The notes: generated from the letters alone by a model not told the origin. A stretch of DNA of 38,714 nucleotides from a bacterium (GCA_043803945.1 JAZDJN010000024.1:1-38714); one strand, 5' to 3'; shown: positions 9,101-18,174, numbered from the stretch's first letter. Numbers and translations are program-made.

Positions 9101-11293
9101 GAATGAACTGCTTGAAAGGTTGCCACTTGTGCTCGTATTTCGAAGCACCGAAATTGTATTACTAGTCGAATGGGACGTAACGATATCGATCTTGCCATCG
9201 CCATCCAGATCACTGAGCGCAAGACCGCCTGGATTGCTACCTATGATGAGATCTACTTTCGAGGAAAAGGAAGAACTCGTAATGCTACCGATAGTGCTTT
9301 TGTTCGGGAAAATAGAGACTGAATTGGTCAAGCTGTTTGCGATAACGATATCAGGTTTACCATCACCGTCTAAGTCGCCTATGGCAACATCGGCTGGACC
9401 GGTGCCAGTAGCAAGATCTAACTTAGGTGCGAAGGAACCACTTGTGATACTGCCGGTTGTACTCGTATTTCGGTAAATAGAAATCGTGTTGCTATTGGCA
9501 TTCGTCGCCACAATGTCGGGTTTGCCATCACCATCCAAATCGTGTATGGCAACTCTGCTGGGCCCGCTCCCTAAGGGGAAATCGACTTTTACAGCGAATG
9601 AAGATGAACTGAAACTACCGATGCTACTTGTATTTCGGAATATTGATAGAGTATTCGCAGTGGTGTTTGGGACGGCTAAATCGAGTTTGCCATCCCCATC
9701 GAAATCACCTAAGGCCGAGTTTGCAGGACCGCCGCTCAATGTAAAATCCACTTTACCAGCGAATGAAGTGCTCGAGATACTGCCGCTTGTACTTGTATTG
9801 CGAAATATGGAGATTGTATTGCCGCTCCAATTCGATACGATAAGATCGGATTTTCCATCTCCATCCACATCGCCGATGGTTATACAATTTGGCTTAGTCC
9901 CCACAGTGAAATCAACTTTACGGTCAAATGAATTTGCATCAATGACACGATTGCTGCTGAATGTGACCGTGAATGGTTTGGCAGAGAAGGCGGTCAGGTT
10001 CGTAGAAAGATCGGTGACCATAATCGGAGCATATGTAGCTCCTGAAGGCACAACAACAACAAGCGTTGTCGACGCGGCGCTATTGACTTTCGCCTTGACT
10101 CCGCCGAAGTACACGACATTATTCGATAGAGTCGTATTGAAGTTCGTGCCAGTGATCGTCACCATAGTACCTATCGGACCTGAGGTGGGTGTAAATGAGG
10201 TGATGCTGGGAATAATGAGCGTAGTAGTAGGCGTGACTGCATAGGTCATCGATCCTTCAAATCCAGACGAATCAACTGCACTTACACGATAATAGTATTT
10301 CGTTGCTCCTGGGGAATAGGCATATGATGTTGTACTTGTGGAATCAAATGCCGTTACTGTTAACGAATCCAGGCCGCGGTATAATTTGTATCGAAGCACT
10401 CCAATTCCTCCTCCCCCATTCTTCCACGAAAGAGCGACATTGCCGCCTGCCGAAGCTATCACTAGATTTGTCGGAGGAAGAAGGACATTGAATTCTTCAG
10501 GCTTTCGAGCAATGTTGGAAATCCGAACTTCATCAATCAGTCCCTTGAAGTATGCCGTTCCATTTGCTCCAAGTAAAAAACTTGTAGAAGCATTTGGATT
10601 TTGAGTTAGGGTCTCAGTGAAGTCGAGAAATCCATCAACGTAGAGGAGGGCTTTGGTTCCTGTTCGAATAGCCGCGACATGATGCCATTTCCCATCATTA
10701 ATCTTTCTACCTGAAGTATTGATAGTCGAGCCTTGGCTATTATTAATATCAAGATCGAAGCTACCTCCATTCGTCCCACCTACCATATAAGTACCAATTT
10801 CACTTCCATAGGTGGTAAATATCGCCTGACGGATTGTAGAACTGGTCTTTACCCAGGCTTCCACTGTGAAGTCATTCACTCCAAAGCTGAAGAGATTCGT
10901 TGTTCCCTGAATATAATCACTTGTGCCGTTGAAACTTCTTGTTTTTCCGAACCTTCCATCGATAATTGTTGTCCCAATTGCCGTAATGCTACTCACTTTT
11001 CCACTTGCATCAATGACACTCGATCCGCTGGTTTCATTTAGGTGGAGCAAAAGAACAGTATTGGGATCAGGATTGTACTCACCTGGGAGAGCCGCTAGCA
11101 GGATTGCAGAATTTAAGATCCCTTTCCCCTCCGTTTCAACAAATCCTTTTTCATTAGTCTTCGAACGCACAATTGCTTGTGCATTCGGCTCGGATGGACC
11201 TTTGGTTTGTTCACGGGAAAATTGAGACGGTGATTCATTGGGAATATTCAATGAAAGAAGAAGTAGAGGAAGACAGAAATTACCACTTTTCAT
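6128..11293 (-). CDS. N-terminal part of giant secreted adhesin-like protein: LamG/ConA-like lectin domain, FN3, 2 x (IPT/TIG + seven FG-GAP/VCBS repeats), further beta domains, first half of an FN3
   Basis: GGAG RBS; N-terminal hydrophobic stretch; LamG motifs TVLLLHLNE, FTVEAWVK, DGKWHHVA, FKGLIDEVRIS; two ITSF(T/S)PTSG..GT.VTITGTNF IPT domains; 14 D(L/V/F/I)DGDGK.D-type repeats; ends TAQLNALVNPN..GWFEYGTS, then reads out of frame. Confidence 0.88.
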   Translation of the reverse strand: MKSGNFCLPLLLLSLNIPNESPSQFSREQTKGPSEPNAQAIVRSKTNEKGFVETEGKGILNSAILLAALPGEYNPDPNTVLLLHLNETSGSSVIDASGKVSSITAIGTTIIDGRFGKTRSFNGTSDYIQGTTNLFSFGVNDFTVEAWVKTSSTIRQAIFTTYGSEIGTYMVGGTNGGSFDLDINNSQGSTINTSGRKINDGKWHHVAAIRTGTKALLYVDGFLDFTETLTQNPNASTSFLLGANGTAYFKGLIDEVRISNIARKPEEFNVLLPPTNLVIASAGGNVALSWKNGGGGIGVLRYKLYRGLDSLTVTAFDSTSTTSYAYSPGATKYYYRVSAVDSSGFEGSMTYAVTPTTTLIIPSITSFTPTSGPIGTMVTITGTNFNTTLSNNVVYFGGVKAKVNSAASTTLVVVVPSGATYAPIMVTDLSTNLTAFSAKPFTVTFSSNRVIDANSFDRKVDFTVGTKPNCITIGDVDGDGKSDLIVSNWSGNTISIFRNTSTSGSISSTSFAGKVDFTLSGGPANSALGDFDGDGKLDLAVPNTTANTLSIFRNTSSIGSFSSSSFAVKVDFPLGSGPSRVAIHDLDGDGKPDIVATNANSNTISIYRNTSTTGSITSGSFAPKLDLATGTGPADVAIGDLDGDGKPDIVIANSLTNSVSIFPNKSTIGSITSSSFSSKVDLIIGSNPGGLALSDLDGDGKIDIVTSHSTSNTISVLRNTSTSGNLSSSSFAAKVDFITGSVPLDVVVCDLDGDGKPDLATTNNSSSSISVFQNTSSIGSITSTSFASKVDFVSGNAPATLSIGDLDGDGKPDLAIANDGSNSISLLRNALQPLASPPMITSFSPTSGSVGTSVTITGTNFSAIVSNNIVYFGAVKAAVTSATSTTLTVVVPTGVTYQPITVTTNGLTAYSTAPFVVTFTSSGMITNTSFAPRLDFTTGVSPSYNVIIDVDGDGKSDMVVPSQNNNVLSVFRNLSTSGTIGFATKVDFTTGIYPRDVAVGDLDGDGKPDLAVTNWNSNTVSIFRNTSVSGSVSFSTKTDFATGTAPLGIAIGDLDGDGKPDMVVANSSSNTISIFRNTSTAGSISFSTKLDIASGTYPCGVAIGDLDADGRPDVAVANYNSPTTISIYKNTSTAGNISLPSKFDLTTGNTPKYIAISDVDGDLKPDLTVTHQNSNNIAVFRNTSTSGSLTTSSFAAALFFVTGTNVSGISYGDIDGDSKPDAAVTNWGSNTVTLLKNTSTSGNVSFATKVDFGTGTNPYGVALGDIDGDGKLDLSVVNVNSNNISIYRNAMTIPSTISVHILSPNGAENWNEDSFHRIIWQASDNSAATINRIQLLYSYDKGASWKLIKDSLLNSGSYLWQVPRTPSKDVYVKVVGYNSLGASAIDTSTSALSIIDVQTFVHKTGLLNNTIRNDGIIGSGSATFADDEPSMEYPAGSKNHHLYLVQLMIGALKAVGDTLQTLDYEDSFLPMDPITSVARTGVIETKTRFLLKNNSDIQLSQSTLAPQNETFIIHIFKLYNKSGQTLNNLYLGPYADFDVNDPNKNLTGVDAAKRLIYTYDASNTWKSYAGICMVSAAPSSIQRWGGTANPAPRNTLSWYKALSRTGYDSPTSDPIADYRVGEFSGPFSLTPGDSATIAFALAAGDGLSGVQAVSQRAQAFWDALLPTPAPIVITSAASLVTTTTAQLNALVNPNNQNGTGWFEYGTSSTLATYRRCRKNRF
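7420..10213 (-). repeat. Internal tandem duplication of an IPT + 7 x FG-GAP module (about 10213-8800 and 8787-7420)
   Basis: Counted 7+7 DxDGDGKxD-type motifs spaced ~55-58 aa apart, each set preceded by a similar IPT domain (boundaries approximate). Confidence 0.85.
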
Positions 11294-11378
11294 CGGTGTC
11301 TCCGGGGGTGGAGTTGTGTAAGAAATAGCGGTTTGGAAATATAGGATACACTTAAAATAAGCCCTATTTAGATCAATG

Positions 11379-11409
11379 CAAAGTTACTTCAAACGCTTTC
11401 CATTGTCAA
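11379..11409 (-). promoter_or_regulatory. Putative housekeeping promoter for the giant-protein/caspase operon
   Basis: Minus strand TTGACA (11409-11404), 17 nt, TAACTT; the -10 region reads TAACTTTG, which also fits the Bacteroidota TAnnTTTG element. Confidence 0.6.
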
Positions 11410-11454
11410 TATTTGGTATTTATCCATACGCTCGTGAATATTTAATAATCCTCC

Positions 11455-11483
11455 TTGACAAGTCCCTTTTGAATTCCTATTTT
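11455..11483 (+). promoter_or_regulatory. Putative sigma70-type promoter for the GH38 gene
   Basis: TTGACA (11455-11460), 17 nt, TATTTT (11478-11483), about 50 nt upstream of ATG 11535. Confidence 0.6.
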
Positions 11484-11534
11484 CCAGCGAACTTTGAGAA
11501 AAGAGCACTCAACCACTCGCCGAGAGCATACCTT

Positions 11535-14500
11535 ATGGCTACGGACCTTTTACCTCAAATATTGCCCCATATTCAGGAGCATATCTATCCTCAGAGCGTT
11601 TTATTGCAGGATTGGAAGCTAAAAGAGGGCAATTTTCCAAAAGCAGCATCCCCATCAACGAAGGACACAAATTGGTGGAAATATTTCATTCCTGCCCCCT
11701 GGGGTGGTTTTGATAAAACCATGTGGTTTCGTAAGCAGATTGTCATTCCTGAATCATTTAATGGAAAACCAGTTGCAGTACTGCTTGATCTCCATGAAGC
11801 ATTACTGTACGTGAACGGAACTCCATTCCAAGGTATCGACCAGCACCACAGAGAAGCTCTCCTCACCATGAAAGCTCATTCTGGACATAGGTATCAGCTT
11901 GCAATTGAAGCCTACAGCGGCCGAAAACATGAGCACAGTTCGTTTTCTTCAGCCAAACTGGTCGTGGTGAATCCAACAGCGCGGGCTCTCTCACACGCAT
12001 TAACCTCGCTCCATGACTACGAACGATCATTGCAGCCGAATTCCGCTGAGGGAAAAGATTTGAGAGAGTTGATCCGCCAGACACTCGTTTTTATGAAATA
12101 CTTCAAACCTGATGGTGAAGAATATCCCAACTCCATTGGACGCGCTTATAGCTTTCTAAAACAGTCATTTGAACAACAATATAAAACCGACATCCAGGGC
12201 TTTGCACACCTCATTGCGCAGTCGCATATCGATGTCGTCTGGTTATGGAGATTGGCAGAAACGAAGAAGAAATGCGGTCGCACTTTCTCGACAGCCCTCC
12301 GCCTGATGGAGGAATATCCTGACTTCAAGTATGCTCAGTCTCAAGCTGTATTGTACGAATTCACAAAAGAACTCTATCCCGAACTGTATAAGGAGATTAA
12401 GAGACGAGTTACAGAAGGCCGCTGGTTTGTGACCGGATCCGTATGGGTGGAGCCCGACTGCAATATTCCGAACGGTGAATCACTCGTACGACAAATTCTT
12501 TATGGCAAGCAATTCTTTAAAAGAGAATTTAATATCGATTCCGATACATTATGGCTTCCTGATACCTTTGGCTATAGCTGGGCGCTTCCGCAGATTCTTA
12601 AAAAATCCGGCATCAACAATTTCTTCACCACGAAACTTACGTGGAACGATACTAACAAATTTCCCCATAACTCGTTCTGGTGGCAGGGAATCGATGGATC
12701 GAAAGTGCTCACCCACATCCCGCCTGTCGGACTTGAAGGATCCATCACATCCAAAGATCTGAAAAAAAGCTGGGAGGAGTTTCAGGAGAAAGAACTGAAT
12801 CCTCATGTGATGCAAACATTTGGTTTTGGCGACGGCGGGGGGGGAGTCACGAAGGAACAACTCGATACTGCACTGATCTATAAATCCATGCCCGGACTCC
12901 CGCAATCACTGCAGTCGACGATACCAGCGTTCTTTTCACAACTGGCAGCTCAATCTGATGCACTGCCAATCTGGAATAATGAGCTCTATCTTGAAAAGCA
13001 TCGAGGTACATACACCACCCATGGCTGGATCAAGCGGGCACATCGGGAATCCGAGCGGCTGCTCTATACCGCCGAACTCTTCTCTGTGCTGGGAATGCAC
13101 TTTGGCACGAACGCTGTATCCCGGCGATATCCACAGACCGATCTTGAATCGACCTGGAAGAAACTTCTCCTCAACCAATTTCATGATATTGTGCCGGGAA
13201 CATTTATTGCCGATGCCTATAGCGATATCCAAAAAGATTTCCTTGACATCCATGCCTCTTGCAACACTATCATCAACCGTTGTGCGACAGGATTTTTCAA
13301 AGCTCAGGATAAGAAGGATGAATCGTTTCATTTCGCATTCTTCAATACCTTGAATTGGTTGAGAAGTGAGTACGTCATCGTTGAAATGCGTTCGGAAGCT
13401 AAAGTCTTCAGTATCATCGATCATCACGGAAAGGATGTTCAGCACCAAATTCTGGGCAGGAAAAAAGGGATTGTTCAACTTCTCTGTTACATCGAGAATA
13501 TGGCTCCCTATACATTTCTCCAGCTCACAATCACACCATTAGCTTTGAAACCATCCGAGATTGAAGAATGGAAGATCACTGAACGGACTATTGAAACACC
13601 CCTCTATCGCATCCGGCTGGATTCCAAGGGACAGATCTCATCGCTTCATGACATCGCTCACCGGAGGGAGATCGTCCCCAAGGGTAAACGGGCGAATGCA
13701 TTCCAGGCCTTTCGCGATCTTCCAAAACAATGGGAAGCCTGGGAACTTGAGCCGGAATATCACTCGAAAGGAATCGACCTCTTTGCACTGCAAGCGATGA
13801 AAGTTCAGGAAGCGGGTCCTCTCCGCGCTGTGATCCAGTTCGAACATCGTTCGGAATCAGGATCAAAATTACTTCAGCACATGATGCTCTACCACAAGTC
13901 GTTAAGAATCGATTTCCGGACCACAGTATTCTGGAAAGAAAAACAAACGCTCCTAAAAGTTGCCTTCCCCCTGAATCTCAAGTCTAACTATGCAACGTAC
14001 GAAATTCAATTCGGTGCCTTGCAGCGGTCAATGAAGACAAGCGATCCATTCGCGGCTGCAAAATTTGAAGTACCTGCCCAACAATTTGCAGACATCTCTG
14101 AATTGAAATATGGTGTGAGCCTCCTGAACAATTGCAAGTACGGATATGATGCGAAAGACAGGACACTTCGGCTGACGCTCTTGCGATCGCCGTACTATCC
14201 GCATCCCATCGAGCCATGGCGGCTTAACGACACGAAGGTAACTGATCACGGAGAACATCTCTTTACCTATTCTTTACTTCCGCATTCGGGAAATTGGCAG
14301 GATGGAGAAAGCCTCCACAGGGCCCGCGAATTAAATAATCCACCCCTCCTCTTCCCGGGAACGGCGAATGTTCTCCCATCGTTGATTACGCTCAGTCAGA
14401 ATAGCATTATCGTTGACTCGATTAAGAAAGCAGAAGACTCCGATTCGGTTATTATTCGTCTGCATGAAGCCCATGGAGATGCAACCGCGGCAACTCTTAC

Positions 14501-14648
14501 CACAGCATTAATACTCGATAAGGCATTCGAGTGCAGCCTTCTGGAAGAGGATCTCAAGGAACTAAAAGCTGCACAGACAAAATTATCGTTAAAATTCTCT
14601 CCCTTTGAAATAAAAACTCTGAAACTTCTATTCAGGAAAAAGAAGTAA
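11535..14648 (+). CDS. Alpha-mannosidase, glycoside hydrolase family 38 (cytoplasmic, class 2C-like)
   Basis: SHIDVVWLW (Zn-binding HxD), WLPDTFGYS (nucleophile Asp), GDGGGG, ELYLEKHRGTYTT, LLNQFHDIVPGT, LRLTLLRSP, PFEIKTL. Start placed at ATG 11535 because the ORF-track extension from 11376 overlaps both promoters. Confidence 0.95.
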   Translation: MATDLLPQILPHIQEHIYPQSVLLQDWKLKEGNFPKAASPSTKDTNWWKYFIPAPWGGFDKTMWFRKQIVIPESFNGKPVAVLLDLHEALLYVNGTPFQGIDQHHREALLTMKAHSGHRYQLAIEAYSGRKHEHSSFSSAKLVVVNPTARALSHALTSLHDYERSLQPNSAEGKDLRELIRQTLVFMKYFKPDGEEYPNSIGRAYSFLKQSFEQQYKTDIQGFAHLIAQSHIDVVWLWRLAETKKKCGRTFSTALRLMEEYPDFKYAQSQAVLYEFTKELYPELYKEIKRRVTEGRWFVTGSVWVEPDCNIPNGESLVRQILYGKQFFKREFNIDSDTLWLPDTFGYSWALPQILKKSGINNFFTTKLTWNDTNKFPHNSFWWQGIDGSKVLTHIPPVGLEGSITSKDLKKSWEEFQEKELNPHVMQTFGFGDGGGGVTKEQLDTALIYKSMPGLPQSLQSTIPAFFSQLAAQSDALPIWNNELYLEKHRGTYTTHGWIKRAHRESERLLYTAELFSVLGMHFGTNAVSRRYPQTDLESTWKKLLLNQFHDIVPGTFIADAYSDIQKDFLDIHASCNTIINRCATGFFKAQDKKDESFHFAFFNTLNWLRSEYVIVEMRSEAKVFSIIDHHGKDVQHQILGRKKGIVQLLCYIENMAPYTFLQLTITPLALKPSEIEEWKITERTIETPLYRIRLDSKGQISSLHDIAHRREIVPKGKRANAFQAFRDLPKQWEAWELEPEYHSKGIDLFALQAMKVQEAGPLRAVIQFEHRSESGSKLLQHMMLYHKSLRIDFRTTVFWKEKQTLLKVAFPLNLKSNYATYEIQFGALQRSMKTSDPFAAAKFEVPAQQFADISELKYGVSLLNNCKYGYDAKDRTLRLTLLRSPYYPHPIEPWRLNDTKVTDHGEHLFTYSLLPHSGNWQDGESLHRARELNNPPLLFPGTANVLPSLITLSQNSIIVDSIKKAEDSDSVIIRLHEAHGDATAATLTTALILDKAFECSLLEEDLKELKAAQTKLSLKFSPFEIKTLKLLFRKKK

Positions 14649-14831
14649 TCGGTGGGGGGAATAGTTCTTCTCTCAGAATTACCTGACCGGAGAATGTCGA
14701 TGGCTATAAGAAGCCTGGGACGATAGCTTTTGAGCCATTAATCCTGTTAAACATTTCATTCCCTCTGATTGTCAAATCTTTTACATAGGATTCCTTGTGC
14801 ATGTCCTCCTTTCACCACTGAGGCAACATTG

Positions 14832-17123
14832 ATGCGTTTGTTCGTTCTCCTGTTTTGCACGGCTCTCCCCCTGTTCGCTCAGTCGCTTTATACGGACACA
14901 ACAATTATTGAACTCCGGATCGAATTCTATTACCCTGCTTGGAAAGATTCTCTGCTGCGCCATGTCGCCTCCGAAACGGATATTCCAGCAAGGCTCCTTG
15001 TTCAGGGAATTGTTTATGACAGTATTGGAATCCGCTATAAAGGCAATTCATCCTACAATATTGCTTCCGATAAGAAACCATTTAACCTTTCGATTGATGC
15101 CTACAGAGAGAATCAGTTGCTTTATGGCTATAAGACACTCAACCTGAACAATTTTTTTAAAGATCCGACATGTGTTCGGGAGAAGATCGCATACAAAATC
15201 GCTTCGCAGTATATGCCTGCCGTGCATGCTGCCTACGTCAAGCTCTTCATCAATAATGAATATTGGGGATTATATCTCAACGTTCAGCAGATCAATAAAA
15301 TATTTCTACGGGAGCATTTCAGTACAACTGGGGGCAATCTCTATAAAGGCGATCCACCGAAAGCCGGAGCCGGTATCTTCGGTGCCGATCTCACGTGGCA
15401 TGGTACCGACACAGCGTACTACCGGGCACGATATGAGTTAAAAACAAATGAAGAACAGAACGACTGGAGTGACATTGTCCTTTTCATCAACAGATTGAAT
15501 ACGCTTTCCGATGCGTCATTTGAATCGGAAATTCCGAAATATCTGAATGTCGATCGGGCGTTATGGTATCTCGCCTATTGCAATATTTTTGTCAATCTCG
15601 ACTCCTATATCGGATCGGGACATAATTATTATCTGTATAACAACCCATTGGATGGAATGAATATGATCCTCTGGGATATCAACGAGGTGCTTGGCACGTT
15701 CAGCAGCGACCCGTTGTCGATTGAACAGCGTGAACGTCTTCCACTCCTCTACAAGAATCTGGATGATCTACGGCCCCTCGTCAGGCGCCTTCTCAGCATT
15801 CCTGCGCTCCGCAATCGATACTATACCCATTGCCGGACTATTCTGAATGAATCGTATTCAGAAATTACCTGGTCGCCTCATATCCAGCAGTATCAGTCGC
15901 TCATTACCAATACCCTGGCCATCGATACGAAAAAACTGTACACCATGGATCAGTTTACCGCCAATGTCAGGTCGAATATCCAATCGGGAAATGTCGGCGG
16001 GGCAGGGACTATACCGGGGATCCTGTCATTCATCAACAATCGTCGTTCGTATCTCCTGGCTCAACCGGAAATGACTCTGGCCGCCGTTTCGATTCTTTCA
16101 CTCAATCACACTCCGCTTCAACCAACGGGATCCGACTCCCTCTCTTTCAGTACTATCGTCCAAGGTGCAAAGAGTGTCAATCTGTGGTGGTCTGTTAATT
16201 CAGCACGCTTCCAATCACGAGCCATGGTGCGGAGTGCATCAGACATAGCGCGTTATCATCTTATACTCGGCCCGTTCACAAGAGGCGATGTCGTTCGCTA
16301 CTACATCGAGGCAGTGAGCAACAATGGAACGGTAACATTCTATCCTGAGCGAGCTGAATATGAAACGGAGACTCTTACCGTAAGTGGTCGAGCATCAAAA
16401 TCTCCGATTGTGATAAACGAATTGATGGCCAGCAACACAAAAACAATCAAAGACCCGCAAAACGAATACGACGATTGGCTGGAGTTATATAATACTTCGA
16501 ATGACATTGTATCAGTTGCAGGATTATTTCTGAGCGATGAGTTGACGCCAAAATCAAAATGGCGTATTCCTGCAACTACCGTTATTCCTCCAAAAGGTTT
16601 TTTGCTCGTGTGGGCAGATGAAGATACCTCCGACGTCGGCGGGCTTCATGCCAATTTCAAGATTTCAAAAAGCGGAGAAGCACTCTTCCTCTGGGATTCT
16701 ACAGGAGCAGCGATTCTGGATTCGACAACATTTGGCACGCAAATCGATGATAAATCATGGGCAAGAGTACCTGACGGGTCCGGCAGCTTTGTAATCACCA
16801 ATCCATCACCGGACGCAGCGAATGCAGTCACACACACAATGAGCAATGATCCGAATCCACCTTACAATTTTGATCTCGCTCAGAACTACCCGAATCCATT
16901 CAATCCAAGCACGGTGATTCAATACGAGCTCGCACGGGCATCTCGTGTGAAATTGAACGTCTATTCCATTCTTGGCCAGGAGTTGGCAACACTTGTGGAT
17001 GAATATCAGGAATCAGGTCCCCATCGAACCGAATGGAGTACCAAACTTCCAAGTGGCGTGTATTACTATCGCATCGAAGCAGGTGAATTTCAGCAGACAA
17101 GAAAACTGATCATCGTGAAATAA
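14832..17123 (+). CDS. CotH-family atypical kinase with lamin-tail domain and T9SS C-terminal domain
   Basis: GAGG then MRLFVLLFCTALPLFA|Q; CotH motifs GIRYKGNSS, KKPFNLSID, GNLYKG, NLDSY..GHNYYLY, WDINE; lamin-tail motifs IVINELMASN..DWLELYN..HANFKISKSGE; C-terminal LAQNYPNPFNPST...RKLIIVK. Confidence 0.92.
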   Translation: MRLFVLLFCTALPLFAQSLYTDTTIIELRIEFYYPAWKDSLLRHVASETDIPARLLVQGIVYDSIGIRYKGNSSYNIASDKKPFNLSIDAYRENQLLYGYKTLNLNNFFKDPTCVREKIAYKIASQYMPAVHAAYVKLFINNEYWGLYLNVQQINKIFLREHFSTTGGNLYKGDPPKAGAGIFGADLTWHGTDTAYYRARYELKTNEEQNDWSDIVLFINRLNTLSDASFESEIPKYLNVDRALWYLAYCNIFVNLDSYIGSGHNYYLYNNPLDGMNMILWDINEVLGTFSSDPLSIEQRERLPLLYKNLDDLRPLVRRLLSIPALRNRYYTHCRTILNESYSEITWSPHIQQYQSLITNTLAIDTKKLYTMDQFTANVRSNIQSGNVGGAGTIPGILSFINNRRSYLLAQPEMTLAAVSILSLNHTPLQPTGSDSLSFSTIVQGAKSVNLWWSVNSARFQSRAMVRSASDIARYHLILGPFTRGDVVRYYIEAVSNNGTVTFYPERAEYETETLTVSGRASKSPIVINELMASNTKTIKDPQNEYDDWLELYNTSNDIVSVAGLFLSDELTPKSKWRIPATTVIPPKGFLLVWADEDTSDVGGLHANFKISKSGEALFLWDSTGAAILDSTTFGTQIDDKSWARVPDGSGSFVITNPSPDAANAVTHTMSNDPNPPYNFDLAQNYPNPFNPSTVIQYELARASRVKLNVYSILGQELATLVDEYQESGPHRTEWSTKLPSGVYYYRIEAGEFQQTRKLIIVK

Positions 17124-17149
17124 GTTAGAGCTAACCGTTCGCGATTATG

Positions 17150-17199
17150 AGAAGTCCGTCTTTTTACTTTGATCAAGCTCAGGAAAAAGACGGACTTCT
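17150..17199. repeat. Perfect 16-bp inverted repeat between convergent genes (REP-like palindrome or atypical terminator)
   Basis: AGAAGTCCGTCTTTTT (17150-17165), 18-nt spacer containing the palindrome TTGATCAA, AAAAAGACGGACTTCT (17184-17199). Confidence 0.8.
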
Positions 17200-17256
17200 A
17201 CACACTCTCCGAAGCGAACTGTGAGATCCATATGTTCAGGATTGGTAAAGCAATAC

Positions 17257-17289
17257 AAAGTCCATCACCGCTCATTGATGATGGACTTT
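17257..17289. repeat. Second related inverted repeat (11 bp) just downstream of nagB
   Basis: AAAGTCCATCA (17257-17267) ... TGATGGACTTT (17279-17289); shares AAGTCC(G/A)TC with the first palindrome. Confidence 0.7.
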
Positions 17290-17316
17290 CGTATGGCAAC
17301 CAGCAGTATCGAGTCG

Positions 17317-18129
17317 TTATTTCAGAAGTGTTGCCGGATCCAGATTCGGTGACTCAATATCCTTAAAATATTTTACTGTTCCGACCTTCAGCTCCAGTGT
17401 TGCTTCATCGTCGCATACGATAATTCCATGCGGATGGAGTTGGAGCGCACTGACTGTCCACATATGGTTCACACCGCTTTCAACCACATTGTTGAGTGCA
17501 CGCGCCTTCTTATATCCATTGATAATGATAAGGACTTCTTTCGAGTCGAGAACAGTTGCTACGCCAACGGTGAGCGCAGTTTTCGGTACTTTATTGATGT
17601 CGTGATCGAAGAATCGGGCATTGGCCAGGACAGTATCGTACGTCAGAGTTTTTACCCTTGTGCGTGAAGCAAGCGAGGAACCCGGTTCATTGAATGCAAT
17701 ATGTCCATCGGGACCGATACCTCCGAGGAAGAGAAATATGCCACCTGCTTTTCGTATGCTCTCTTCATATTGTTGGCATTCTTCCTCCAGGTCCTTTGCA
17801 TTTCCATTCAGGATATGGACATTCCCCTTTTGGATATCAATCTGCGAGAAAAAATTGTCCCACATAAATGCATGATAACTTTCCGGGTGATCTTCCGGGA
17901 TTGCAATGTATTCATCCATATTGAACGTGACGACATTTTTAAACGAGACTTGACCGGCTTTGTGCATAGCCACCAGTTCCTTGTACGTCCCAAGCGGAGA
18001 TGAACCCGTCGGTAATCCAAGGACAAATGGTTTTTCCGGCGATGGTTTGAAGTCCCTGATTTTTCGCACCACATAGGATGCTACCCATTTACTTACTAAC
18101 TCATAATTCGGTTGAATAATGACTCGCAT
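17317..18129 (-). CDS. nagB: Glucosamine-6-phosphate deaminase
   Basis: [58 protein letters not shown]; AAGGAG RBS. Confidence 0.98.
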   Translation of the reverse strand: MRVIIQPNYELVSKWVASYVVRKIRDFKPSPEKPFVLGLPTGSSPLGTYKELVAMHKAGQVSFKNVVTFNMDEYIAIPEDHPESYHAFMWDNFFSQIDIQKGNVHILNGNAKDLEEECQQYEESIRKAGGIFLFLGGIGPDGHIAFNEPGSSLASRTRVKTLTYDTVLANARFFDHDINKVPKTALTVGVATVLDSKEVLIIINGYKKARALNNVVESGVNHMWTVSALQLHPHGIIVCDDEATLELKVGTVKYFKDIESPNLDPATLLK

Positions 18130-18174
18130 TGTTGCTCCTTTATGGTTGATGGGAAAATAATACCGGTGTCAGAG

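Noticed and set aside
7527-10244. Long plus-strand ORFs with repeated SGLPSPSKSP motifs (for example 9486-10244, 8988-9476)
   Set aside because: Antisense shadows of the GDLDGDGKPD repeats, with no independent protein features.
11376-11534. 53-aa N-terminal extension of GH38 in the ORF track
   Set aside because: Overlaps both predicted promoters and is not a signal peptide; ATG 11535 is preferred.
14745-14790. TGTTAAAC...GTCAAA as an ECF-sigma promoter for the CotH gene
   Set aside because: Single weak instance with no second copy in the window to define a motif.
15260-15300. CotH motif GLYLNVQQI with Gln where Glu is often seen (possible pseudokinase)
   Set aside because: The other catalytic-region motifs look intact, and I cannot show without an alignment that this position is essential.
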